Assembly: GCA_964491435.1 (NCBI GenBank)
Contig: CAZBGE010000003.1
Span: forward strand, 3,644 to 67,643
Origin: an uncultured Smithella sp.
Lineage (GTDB): Bacteria; Desulfobacterota; Syntrophia; Syntrophales; Smithellaceae
Direction of reading: 5' to 3'
Length of the DNA: 64,000 nucleotides
Shown here: piece by piece, positions 11,919 through 21,093 of the stretch
Numbering within the stretch: the stretch's first letter is position 1
How the letters are laid out: every line of letters begins with the position of its first letter
The notes under the pieces: generated by a model
What the model was told of the DNA's origin: nothing
The model's input: the letters and a program-made list of their open reading frames with translations, nothing else
Databases searched by the model: none
Made by a program: the position numbers and the translations under genes

Positions 11919-13856
11919 ATGTCACAACTTACAAATAGAAATGAGGGGATGCAGGTATTGCTCATGGGAAACGAAGCCATTGCCCGCGGCGCCCTGGAGG
12001 CTGGGGTCAGTGTCGCCAGCGGTTATCCCGGCACTCCTTCTTCCGAGATTATTGAAACCTTGTCGCAGGTTGCCGGGGAGATGGATGTTTATGTGGAGTG
12101 GTCGGTGAACGAAAAAGTGGCTATGGAGGTGGCGGCGGCCGCTTCCTTTGCCAAGCTTCGTTCCCTGTGTGTGATGAAACAAAACGGGGTGAATGTGGCT
12201 TCGGATTTTCTGCTGCATCTGGCTGGTTCCGGCGTTCGGGGAGGAATGGTCCTGGTGGCCTGCGACGATCCCGGCGCGCTTTCCAGCGTCAACGAAGGAG
12301 AATCGCGTCACTTCGCCAGGATGGTGGAGATCCCGCTTCTTGAACCGGGAGATTTCCAGGAGGCCAAGGATATGACCAAATGGGCCTTCGAGCTTTCTGA
12401 AAATTTGAAAAGCCTGGTCATGATCCGTTCCGTTACGCGCACGTCCCATGCGAGTGGAAACGTCGTACTGGGCAAGCTTTCCGATACCCCAAAAAAGGCG
12501 GAGTTCCGCTTCGATGGTTTCATTCTTGATCCCGATGAAGGGGTCATCATCAGCGCGCCTGTTACTTACAAGCATGAACTGCAGCAGGGAAAAGCCGCCC
12601 GCGCCAGGGAGCTTTTCGAGGCAAGTCCCTTCAATACCTATGAGGGACCGGACAAGCCGGAGCTTCTCATGATCACCAGCAGCGCCTGTAATCTTTATAG
12701 CCGTGAGGCGATCTGTCTTTTGGGATTGCAAGACAGGGTGGGACTTCTCAAGTTCGGCGCGACCTGGCCGTTGCCGCCCAAACTCTTGAAAAAGCGCCTG
12801 GCGGCCACGGACAAGGTGCTGATTGTGGAGGAAGTTATCCCGTTTTTGGAAGATAACGTGAAGATTATTGCCGCTGAAGAGGCCGCGGAAATCGGCTTGA
12901 AGACATTTTATGGAAAAAATGATGGAACGATTCCCATGACCGGGGAAATGAATCCTGATATCGTTACGGCGGCTCTCTGTAAAATCATGGGGATTGACTA
13001 TGCGGCCATGCCCGCCGCATACGAACAGAAGGTGCAGCCTCTGATTTTTACGATGGCGCCCCACCGGGAGCTTACCTTCTGTCCCGGCTGTCCCCACCGG
13101 GCTTCTTTCTGGAACATTCACGCCTCCCTGGAAAAAGACGGGCGGAAGGGATTTGTCTGCGGTGATATCGGCTGTTACTCCATGGGGCTTTTGCCTTGCG
13201 GTTATAACACAATGAAAACCCTGCATGCCATGGGGGCCGGCATGGGCGTCGCTTCCGGTTTCGGCAAACTGGGCCGGTTCGGCATGGCACAGCCGGTTTT
13301 AGCCGTCTGCGGTGATTCCACCTTTTTTCATGCCGTCATGCCCGCCCTGGTGAATGCCGTCCATCATAATGCCAATATCACGCTCGTGGTGCTCGACAAC
13401 AGCGGTACGGCCATGACTGGTTTCCAGTCCCACCCCGGACTGACCGTCAACGCCATGGGGGAAGCCGTTCCGGCGCTCGATATCGCCAATATCTGCCGGG
13501 CCATCGGCGCGAAGGTGACGATCAAGGATCCCTTCGACTTGGAAGACGCCCAGAATACTTTAAACCGCCTGATGGAGGATCAGCAAGGTGTGAAGGTCAT
13601 GATCATGCGCCAGCTTTGCGGATTGTCGCCTGAGAGGAAAGCCGGGAAACGCTATGAGGTGCGCGTTGATCAGTCTGTTTGCATAGGCGAAGATTGCGGT
13701 TGTAACAAATTGTGTACGCGCATCTTCCGCTGTCCGGGTCTGGTGTGGGACAAGAATAATAAAAAAGCGAGGATTGACGAGGTGATCTGCGCGGGATGCG
13801 GGGTATGCTCTTCCGTATGTCCGTCGGGTGCGATCAAGAAAGAGGAGGCGGCGTAA
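11919..13856 (+). CDS. iorA: Indolepyruvate/2-oxoacid:ferredoxin oxidoreductase alpha subunit
   Basis: Typical IorA N-terminus (LLMGNEAIARGALEAGVSVASGYPGTPSSEI), a TPP-binding region (GDSTFFH) and two C-terminal 4Fe-4S motifs (CAGCGVCSSVCP). I preferred ATG 11919, after a GGGAGG RBS, over GTG 11913. Confidence 0.9.
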   Translation: MSQLTNRNEGMQVLLMGNEAIARGALEAGVSVASGYPGTPSSEIIETLSQVAGEMDVYVEWSVNEKVAMEVAAAASFAKLRSLCVMKQNGVNVASDFLLHLAGSGVRGGMVLVACDDPGALSSVNEGESRHFARMVEIPLLEPGDFQEAKDMTKWAFELSENLKSLVMIRSVTRTSHASGNVVLGKLSDTPKKAEFRFDGFILDPDEGVIISAPVTYKHELQQGKAARARELFEASPFNTYEGPDKPELLMITSSACNLYSREAICLLGLQDRVGLLKFGATWPLPPKLLKKRLAATDKVLIVEEVIPFLEDNVKIIAAEEAAEIGLKTFYGKNDGTIPMTGEMNPDIVTAALCKIMGIDYAAMPAAYEQKVQPLIFTMAPHRELTFCPGCPHRASFWNIHASLEKDGRKGFVCGDIGCYSMGLLPCGYNTMKTLHAMGAGMGVASGFGKLGRFGMAQPVLAVCGDSTFFHAVMPALVNAVHHNANITLVVLDNSGTAMTGFQSHPGLTVNAMGEAVPALDIANICRAIGAKVTIKDPFDLEDAQNTLNRLMEDQQGVKVMIMRQLCGLSPERKAGKRYEVRVDQSVCIGEDCGCNKLCTRIFRCPGLVWDKNNKKARIDEVICAGCGVCSSVCPSGAIKKEEAA

Positions 13857-13858
13857 TC

Positions 13859-14488
13859 ATGGAAAGCATGCAATTGACAAAAGATCCGTTCAATATCATC
13901 ATTACCGGCGTCGGCGGACAGGGAAACGTCATGGCCTCGCGGATGCTGGCCAATGCGCTGGTCGGTAAAGGCTATCAAATTACCATTGGCGAAACGTTTG
14001 GAGCCTCACAGCGCGGCGGTTCCGTCATGAGCCATATCCGTGTTTCGGCAAAGTCCAGTTGGAGTCCCCAAATACCAAGGGGAAGGGCTGATGTGATTGT
14101 CGCCCTTGAGCCAATTGACGCCATCAGGGTTCTGATTACCTACGGCAACCCCTGCGTAAAGGTTTTAACCAACATGCGCGCCGTTTATCCCGTGGGCGTG
14201 ATCGCTGGAGAACTCAATTATCCGTCCCGGGAGGAGATCAAGAAAACTATCCGGGATATATCGTTGCAAACCTGGTTTCTCGATGCGACGGAAAAGGCCG
14301 TTGCATTAGGAAATCCCATTTTAGGAAATATGATTATGATGGGGGCTTTAACGGGTTTGGGAGTGCTCCCCGTGGATCGAGGGGACTTTGAAAAAGTCAT
14401 GGCGCAGAGCATGTCAGGGGGCAAACTGGCGCTCAATATGAAGGCGTTCGATGCGGGGGCGGCCCAGGTGCAAAATGAAAAGGGATAG
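13859..14488 (+). CDS. iorB: Indolepyruvate/2-oxoacid:ferredoxin oxidoreductase beta subunit
   Basis: FNIIITGVGGQGNVMASRMLA is the typical IorB/gamma-domain start. The ATG lies 3 nt after the iorA stop. Confidence 0.88.
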   Translation: MESMQLTKDPFNIIITGVGGQGNVMASRMLANALVGKGYQITIGETFGASQRGGSVMSHIRVSAKSSWSPQIPRGRADVIVALEPIDAIRVLITYGNPCVKVLTNMRAVYPVGVIAGELNYPSREEIKKTIRDISLQTWFLDATEKAVALGNPILGNMIMMGALTGLGVLPVDRGDFEKVMAQSMSGGKLALNMKAFDAGAAQVQNEKG

Positions 14489-14543
14489 GATTATTTTTAC
14501 GAGTTTGTCAGATTTAACCAACTAATTGCCGGGAGGAAGGAAT

Positions 14544-16187
14544 ATGAAAAAGCCGAAGAGCCAGCCGATTTTTGATACAAAGGATTTTCCGATCTGTGTG
14601 ACGCGGATGGGGTTTATGGAAGGATTGGGCGTGGACATGGAGGAATTGAAGCAAAAGCCGATCATCGGCGTCGCCAATTCCCAGACCGACATCAATCCGG
14701 GGCACATGCACCTCAAAACGCTTGCCGAGAGGGTCAAAGAAGGGGTGCACGCCGGCGGCGGGATACCGATGGAATTCAATGTTCCCGCCCCCTGCGACGT
14801 TCTGACCGAGGGAAATGACGGGATGCGCTTCATCCTGGCTCAGCGTGATTTAATCGCCGATATCATCGAAACCCATTGCCGCAGCATGCTCTATGACGCG
14901 CTGGTGATGATCGCCAGCTGCGATAAGATTATTCCCGGCATGATCATGGCCGCGGCGAGGCTCAATCTGCCCACGATCTTCATTACCGGCGGGCCCAGCG
15001 CCTTCCAGATCAGATTCAATCCCCAAAGAACAAACAGCATCTCCAATGTGGATTACGATGATCCCACCCGCAAGGCGGAGACGATCACCGTGGCCACCTG
15101 CGGTTCGTGTGAGGTGATTGGCACGGCCAATACGATGCAAAGCCTTGTTGAGGCGATAGGCCTCACCATTCCCGGTTCCTCCAACGTGCCGGCCTTTCAT
15201 TCGAAGAAACTCCTGCATGCCCGGAATGCGGGCAAGCGGATTGTCGCCATGGTGGAGGAAGAATTGACGATCCGGAAAATTGCGGATATGAAGGCGCTGG
15301 AGAACGCGCTCATGGTTGATCTCGCTATTGGCGGCTCCACCAATACGGCGCTCCATCTTCCCGCGATTGCGCAAAATCTTGGCCTGGAATTTCCGCTGAG
15401 CAAATTCAATGATTTCAATACAAAAATACCCACGCTCTGCAAACTGATGCCCAACGGTCCGCATGGGATGATTGATTTTTATATGGCCGGAGGCGTTCCC
15501 GCGGTCATGAAGGTCCTGGCCGGCGATATTCATCAGGATGCCAAAACCGCCCTCGGGTTGACATGGGCTAACCTGATGCCGTTTCTGACCGTGAAGGATT
15601 CCAATGTCATTCCGGAGAAAAAGGACGCTTTCCGGACCGAGGGAGGCACGGTGGTTCTTTACGGCAACCTTGCGCCGGAGGGAGCAGTCATCAAGCAGTC
15701 GGCCGTTGCGGAAGATATGCAGACATTTACGGGCCGCGCGCATGTGTTCGAGTCGGAACACGACGCTCTTGCGGCTTTGCGGGAGAGAAACATTCAGGAA
15801 GACGAGGTGCTGGTCATCCGGAACGAGGGACCGAAGGGCGGACCGGGCATGCCGGAAACCCTGGCCGTGACGATGGGCCTTACCTCTCTGGGCCTCAAGA
15901 GAGTCGGCGTGATCACGGACGGCCGGTTTTCGGGCGGAACCGAGGGGCCGTGTCTCGGCCACGTCTCGCCGGAGGCTTACGACGGCGGACCGATTGCGCT
16001 GGTGCGGGACGGCGACGAAATCACCATCGACATTCCCGGACGCAAGGTGCGGCTGCATGTCTCCGATGACGAACTGGCCGCGCGGAAGGCCGCCTGGAAG
16101 CCGTTCAGGCGGGAACTGCCTGATGGATACATCCGGAGATATGTAAAATACGTAGGTTCGGCCTCGCAAGGAGCAATTTTGTCATAA
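14544..16187 (+). CDS. IlvD/Edd-family dehydratase (dihydroxy-acid or sugar-acid dehydratase paralog)
   Basis: About 547 aa from ATG 14544 (GGAGG RBS). Family motifs are CDKIIPGM, GGSTNT and TDGRFSGG. The N-terminus differs from the canonical IlvD I remember, so the substrate is uncertain. Confidence 0.87.
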   Translation: MKKPKSQPIFDTKDFPICVTRMGFMEGLGVDMEELKQKPIIGVANSQTDINPGHMHLKTLAERVKEGVHAGGGIPMEFNVPAPCDVLTEGNDGMRFILAQRDLIADIIETHCRSMLYDALVMIASCDKIIPGMIMAAARLNLPTIFITGGPSAFQIRFNPQRTNSISNVDYDDPTRKAETITVATCGSCEVIGTANTMQSLVEAIGLTIPGSSNVPAFHSKKLLHARNAGKRIVAMVEEELTIRKIADMKALENALMVDLAIGGSTNTALHLPAIAQNLGLEFPLSKFNDFNTKIPTLCKLMPNGPHGMIDFYMAGGVPAVMKVLAGDIHQDAKTALGLTWANLMPFLTVKDSNVIPEKKDAFRTEGGTVVLYGNLAPEGAVIKQSAVAEDMQTFTGRAHVFESEHDALAALRERNIQEDEVLVIRNEGPKGGPGMPETLAVTMGLTSLGLKRVGVITDGRFSGGTEGPCLGHVSPEAYDGGPIALVRDGDEITIDIPGRKVRLHVSDDELAARKAAWKPFRRELPDGYIRRYVKYVGSASQGAILS

Positions 16188-16221
16188 GAAAGCGCAAACA
16201 TCTTAACAAAGCGCGAAGAAA

Positions 16222-17094
16222 ATGATACAGCCGAGCCGTCCGGGTATGCTGATATCAAGCATAGACCAGTACAATGATGAAGGAGCAGATGAATTGCCGC
16301 CGTCGGAATCCCGCAATCCATGTCTTGAATATACGCCGAAACGATTGATCCAGTCGATAAAACGGGCGTCTGATATTCTCGAATTATTTCTGAAAGAAAA
16401 AAAAACGCTGGGCATTACGGAATTTTCGCAGCGGCTTCTTCTTTCCAAAAACACGGTGCAGGGTATCGTCAATACGCTTGTGGAACTGAACTATCTGGAA
16501 AGAGAGCCCCAGACGAAAAAATACCGTCTAGGCCCGATGCTCTTCCGCCTGGGGATTGTCTATGCGGAAAATATTGATTTTATCAGCAGTTCCAAGGTGT
16601 GGCTGGAACGGCTCTGTTACAAATTTCATCTTCCCGTCAGTGTCGGAATCCTTTCTTACGACAAGGTGATCATTTTGGCCAGAATTGAACCAGGCGCCGG
16701 CTTTATGACCTCCTCCAAAACAGGTTCATTTGCTCCCGTGTTTAACTCCAGTCTTGGTAAAATTCTCTGCGCCTTTATGGATCATCAGGCATTGCTGGAA
16801 ATTGTTCATTCATTGAAATTTGAATCATTTACGGAAAAATCAATTACCTCACCCGAGGTTTTTCTGAAGGAAATCGAACGGGTAAAAAAAGATCAGGTGA
16901 GTTTTGACAATGAAGAGGCGTTGCAGGGAATTTCGTGTATCGCGGGACCGATCTTTAATCAGAACGGGGAGGTTCTGGCGGCTTTTTCCGTGACGGGCGA
17001 GGCGGAGGTCATATACAAAAACAAGAAGAATATCGTGGATGAGATTAAGTACACGTCTGCGGAAATATCAAAAATATTCGGTTATAAAGCATAA
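16222..17094 (+). CDS. IclR-family transcriptional regulator
   Basis: wHTH (IQSIKRASDILELF...LGITEFSQRLLLSKNTVQGIVNTLVELNYLE) plus an IclR effector domain. The start may be downstream at 16246. Confidence 0.85.
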   Translation: MIQPSRPGMLISSIDQYNDEGADELPPSESRNPCLEYTPKRLIQSIKRASDILELFLKEKKTLGITEFSQRLLLSKNTVQGIVNTLVELNYLEREPQTKKYRLGPMLFRLGIVYAENIDFISSSKVWLERLCYKFHLPVSVGILSYDKVIILARIEPGAGFMTSSKTGSFAPVFNSSLGKILCAFMDHQALLEIVHSLKFESFTEKSITSPEVFLKEIERVKKDQVSFDNEEALQGISCIAGPIFNQNGEVLAAFSVTGEAEVIYKNKKNIVDEIKYTSAEISKIFGYKA

Positions 17095-17144
17095 CATGAT
17101 GATGGCTGGTGGTGACGGGTCAAGAAAAAGTTGAAGCGGCTGGT

Positions 17145-17777
17145 TCAGGTCTCTTTGCCGGAAGCCGGTTTCGCCACAGTCATCCACAGAAAAGTTTCAC
17201 CGCCAATTTTGCGGTATTGGGCGGATTCTATTGCAAACCCGATGGATGCCAGGTCCCCGGACAGGTGGTCAGGCGTTGTGTGACTGTAGAATAATTGTTC
17301 TCCCATGAATTCCTTGTAGCCGTTAAAAACCTCGGCGCCGGTGTATTCCTTCGTGGCGTAAGTAAAGAGGGATTTACCGCCGGGTTTCAGCCAGCGATAT
17401 ACTTTCTGAAAAATATGGCGATGCCTTGTATATTCAATATGAAAGAGGCAATAAATCATGGTCGCCGCATCGAATTGTTCGCCCGGAAATTCCACTTTGC
17501 GGATATCGGCGAAGATGGTTTTCATCTTCGGTTGAAAGCGATGGGCCATCTCCAGCATCCTTGATGAAAAATCCACGCCGGTTACCTGCCAGCCCTGATT
17601 AATAAAGTGAGCGGGGAAAGGTTCTCCCGCCCCGCAGCCCAGGTCGAGCATTTTCCCCGGTTGTCTGGGCAATTGCTGGGAGAAATCGGCGATCACTTCC
17701 GTCATGTCGAACAAATTACGATTTTGCTCGTATGTTTCGGCAAACCGGTTATAAATATTCCGCAGGTCATTTTGCAT
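17145..17777 (-). CDS. Class I SAM-dependent methyltransferase
   Basis: 210 aa with motif I, MLDLGCGAGEP. Its start overlaps the stop of the upstream radical SAM gene. Confidence 0.8.
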   Translation of the reverse strand: MQNDLRNIYNRFAETYEQNRNLFDMTEVIADFSQQLPRQPGKMLDLGCGAGEPFPAHFINQGWQVTGVDFSSRMLEMAHRFQPKMKTIFADIRKVEFPGEQFDAATMIYCLFHIEYTRHRHIFQKVYRWLKPGGKSLFTYATKEYTGAEVFNGYKEFMGEQLFYSHTTPDHLSGDLASIGFAIESAQYRKIGGETFLWMTVAKPASGKET

Positions 17778-18706
17778 TATTTGCCTCTTGACGGATCAAA
17801 AGGATTTTTCAGATGAAAATCCGGCGTCAGGGCGTCGTCATTGACCTCCTGAATAAAAAGATTTTCGAAACCCAGATCGAGGGCGTAATCCACGATCCGG
17901 TGGTATTCCGCGGCGGTGATTCTTCGTTTCAGCTGGGGATGGGATTGAACCCGGGGGACCGGTGTGTATTGCGACATCAGACTGATCGGGATGCTGGTGG
18001 ATATTTTCATTTTCAAAAGTTTCAGCGCTTGCCGCGAATTTTCCACTGCGCCGGGCAGGACCAGATGGCGGATAATGACGCCCCGTGAAGCAATTCCATG
18101 TTCCAAGGTTAAATCATCGCCTACCTGCCGGACCATTTCCCGTATGGAAGCCAGGGCGAAACGGGGATATTCCGGCGCGTCGGAGAAACGCAGAGCATCT
18201 TCTGCGAGCCCGTATTTAAAATCCGGCAGGTAAATATCAACCATGCCGTCGAGCATCCGGATAACGCCGGGATTTTCATAGCCGCCGCAGTTATACACCA
18301 ACGGGACGGTGAGCCCCTGCATGCGGGCCATGCACAGGGCTTCCATCACGAGCGGCGTTTGCGGCGTCGGAGTGACCGGTTCGACGTTATGGCAGCCGCT
18401 TGTTTGCAGATCGAGCATAACTTTCGCCAGTTCCAGCACGGTTAAATGACGTCCTTCAACGCTGTGTGAAATCTGATAGTTCTGGCAGTAAATACATCCC
18501 AGATTGCAGGAAGAAAGGAAAATCGTACCGGCTCCGCCGGTTCCAGAAAGAGGCGGCTCTTCGCCGGGATGAGATAAAGCGCAGTCCATGACGATATCGG
18601 CCGGAAGACGGCAGTAACCAAACTCGCCTTTGGTCCGGTCCACCCGGCAGGCTCGCGGACAAAGCGTGCAGGATTTATAGATGTCCAACATTTCCTGAAT
18701 AATCAT
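17777..18706 (-). CDS. Radical SAM protein, PflX-like (putative glycyl-radical activase-like family)
   Basis: 309 aa with the CxxxCxxC motif CNLGCIYCQN and an N-terminal Cys cluster (CTLCPRACRVDR...YC). Confidence 0.85.
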   Translation of the reverse strand: MIIQEMLDIYKSCTLCPRACRVDRTKGEFGYCRLPADIVMDCALSHPGEEPPLSGTGGAGTIFLSSCNLGCIYCQNYQISHSVEGRHLTVLELAKVMLDLQTSGCHNVEPVTPTPQTPLVMEALCMARMQGLTVPLVYNCGGYENPGVIRMLDGMVDIYLPDFKYGLAEDALRFSDAPEYPRFALASIREMVRQVGDDLTLEHGIASRGVIIRHLVLPGAVENSRQALKLLKMKISTSIPISLMSQYTPVPRVQSHPQLKRRITAAEYHRIVDYALDLGFENLFIQEVNDDALTPDFHLKNPFDPSRGK

Positions 18707-18727
18707 GATCTGCCAAAATGGTGAAAG

Positions 18728-19732
18728 CTATTTAATGAGTTCGTCCTGTAAAAACTGCTTGACGATGATCGCCGTTAAATACGAGAGCATCAGGACGAGC
18801 AACAGCGAAATGAATAAATTATTAATGGATAACCATTTGACTAAAAACACAAAGTAAATATGTAAACAATACAGCGATAGACTTTTATTGGACATGAACA
18901 GTACGACGGCATTCTGCTTTAAGTTTGCCCTTATTGCATAAGATAGCACCGCCATGGCAATCAGTACGAGCGACGGCCTGGAATACACGGGAAGCGCAGC
19001 CGGACTCAAGCGAAAAAAACCCTCGTTAACATATATCGTCCAATCCAGGGCCATGAAGAGCAGAATGATCAATCCCGCAAGCACTATGTGCAGGGGTTTT
19101 ATGTTAGCCCTGTCTGATCCGGCGAGCTGCGTCACCAGGATGGCGGCAAATGGATAAGGAAGAAAGTTTAAGGGGTTACAATGTGCGATCAGATAAAATT
19201 TTCCAGTGGCCACGGACAGGATGGGAAGCATCGCGACAATGATGGTGGAGATGATAAAGAACGCTATGACATGGAAAATGTGAAGTCTTCTGGCAAAATG
19301 GGTCATGACCGTCAGTCCCAGCAACGTGATAAAAAACCAATAGGGCGTCTCGCCTCCGGATAAAATGAAATAAGGGATGTCTTTGAGGGCGCCGGGGAAT
19401 CCTTTGAAAATTTCCCAGCCGTGAAAGATGAATATTTTGAGCATGATCGTCCAAAACAAGGCAATTTTCCCGATACGTTTAAGATATGCGAACAGGGTGG
19501 ATTCATCACCCGGTTTCCGTAGAAACAAATAATTGGAGATTAAAAAGAAAATGGGGACGGCCAGCAGCAAAACATAAAAATTGATGAAGTCGGAGATTGT
19601 AAATATGTGCTGCGAATAAAGATCTTTATTACAAATCAGCGACGGCGATATTAAGCCCAGGTGCACCAAAACAACGCATACGGAGAAAAACGCTTTTAAA
19701 TAGTCAATGCCCGTAAGTCTTTCCGTTTGCAC
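18728..19732 (-). CDS. Acyltransferase family 3 integral membrane protein
   Basis: 334 aa and polytopic. The N-terminus (GIDYLKAFFSVCVVLVHL) is typical of acyltransferase_3. The gene looks more A+T-rich than its neighbours; this was not computed. Confidence 0.72.
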   Translation of the reverse strand: MQTERLTGIDYLKAFFSVCVVLVHLGLISPSLICNKDLYSQHIFTISDFINFYVLLLAVPIFFLISNYLFLRKPGDESTLFAYLKRIGKIALFWTIMLKIFIFHGWEIFKGFPGALKDIPYFILSGGETPYWFFITLLGLTVMTHFARRLHIFHVIAFFIISTIIVAMLPILSVATGKFYLIAHCNPLNFLPYPFAAILVTQLAGSDRANIKPLHIVLAGLIILLFMALDWTIYVNEGFFRLSPAALPVYSRPSLVLIAMAVLSYAIRANLKQNAVVLFMSNKSLSLYCLHIYFVFLVKWLSINNLFISLLLVLMLSYLTAIIVKQFLQDELIK

Positions 19733-19833
19733 CGCAGCTCCTTTTTGCAGCTAAATTCATGCCCCTGGAATGGTAAAAAGTTTTTCCATCCGTTCCTTGC
19801 TCACAAATAACGAGCGCTAACCTGCCTGCGCCC

Positions 19834-20901
19834 TTAAAACTTTTCCACCACGCTTCTGATCCTGCCGCTTTGCGCCAATTCCAGAAAATCCTCGCCGAGC
19901 GGCGCGGACAGTTCCACGGCCTTGTTCCAGTTTTGAATTCTCTGTTTTCCGTTGTCGATGTATCTTTTAAAGTCGTCACGGTCGGGAACTTTGCCCGCGG
20001 GGAGTCTGTCAATGAAACTTGCCGATGGAAAAACCATCACTACATTGCTTAATGTCTGCGCATCCGGAACGCGCCGTTTAATTTTTTTATCCAGCCAGCC
20101 GGGAATAATCCGTTCCTGATGATGGAAAAAAAGCACCAGTTCATCATCTTGCGCGGCAAATTGATGAGAAAGGTGATAATCGATCAAACCGCCATCCCGG
20201 TAAATTCCGCGGGGCGCGTTGAAAATGTTTTGCACTCCGGCCACGGCCATCGGGATCGCGCCGGAGGCCATGACGGCGTATTTGAAATTAGCTTCGTTCA
20301 GCCGCACATATTTGCCGCGGAATTGCGGTTGAAAGCAAAAAGGCGGCGGCTTGACGCCGCTGTAAAAAACAACTCTTTCGGCGAAATGGCGGAGATTGCC
20401 GCGGCTCAATAAATTCAGGAGATAGCAGACGGCCAGAGCACTGGTCTGCAGGGCGAGTGTTTCGGAGGCGATGAGATGCCGCGCGCGGGCCGTGATCACG
20501 GATAAACGGTAACGCTTGCTGGCTAGAGCAAAAGGCAGAGCATCGTCTTCGATGTATTGATTCATGATTTCGGTGAATTTCTTCAGAATGGTTTTGGGTG
20601 TGTCCTTGCGGGTAAAATTGGCTGTGATATAAGCGAAAAGCAATTTCCGGTAAGCGTCGGCGGCCTGCGGTTGAAGCCAGGCGGCGAAACGCCAGGCGCC
20701 GGCGGACGATCCGACTAAATGCGTGATCCGGGAACGTCCCAGAAGGTTCTGCGTCAGAAGCGTTAGATCAAATCCGCTGGACACGAGCCAGCGCGGTCCG
20801 ACCGCTGCTCCGAAATAAGCGGAAACGGCGTCGAAGTTGAAGCCGCCGTCTTGAATGATTTCGTATGCTTTTTTTCCGGCTTTGATGCGCAATCGGCTCA
20901 T
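19834..20901 (-). CDS. Patatin-like phospholipase family protein
   Basis: GxSxG nucleophile elbow (VGSSAGAW) and a catalytic Asp motif (YRDGGLIDY). I chose the start at ATG 20901 (MSRLRIKAG...), but its RBS is weak and the ORF is open up to 21009. Confidence 0.72.
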   Translation of the reverse strand: MSRLRIKAGKKAYEIIQDGGFNFDAVSAYFGAAVGPRWLVSSGFDLTLLTQNLLGRSRITHLVGSSAGAWRFAAWLQPQAADAYRKLLFAYITANFTRKDTPKTILKKFTEIMNQYIEDDALPFALASKRYRLSVITARARHLIASETLALQTSALAVCYLLNLLSRGNLRHFAERVVFYSGVKPPPFCFQPQFRGKYVRLNEANFKYAVMASGAIPMAVAGVQNIFNAPRGIYRDGGLIDYHLSHQFAAQDDELVLFFHHQERIIPGWLDKKIKRRVPDAQTLSNVVMVFPSASFIDRLPAGKVPDRDDFKRYIDNGKQRIQNWNKAVELSAPLGEDFLELAQSGRIRSVVEKF

Positions 20902-21093
20902 AGGAGTTACCAGGCCAAAGACCTTGACACACTTTCTTTTGTCTTGTAAATAAAAAAAGCACCGTTGGACACAGACAGGCAAAAGATAGCCTGAGGCATC
21001 TGGCGCCAATGGCCATTTTATTTAAAATTGATGCGGCTTTTATCAATAATTGCAGAAATTGCAAGTCATTTTAATATATTCAGATAGAGGGGA

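Noticed and set aside
19834-20901. Patatin-like lipase as a CBASS/defence effector (CapV-like), and the radical SAM gene at 17777-18706 as a viperin-like defence gene
   Set aside because: No CD-NTase/cyclase, SMODS, TIR, ubiquitin-like or other defence partner is adjacent. The radical SAM protein has the PflX-type N-terminal Cys cluster. The flanking genes are ordinary metabolic genes.
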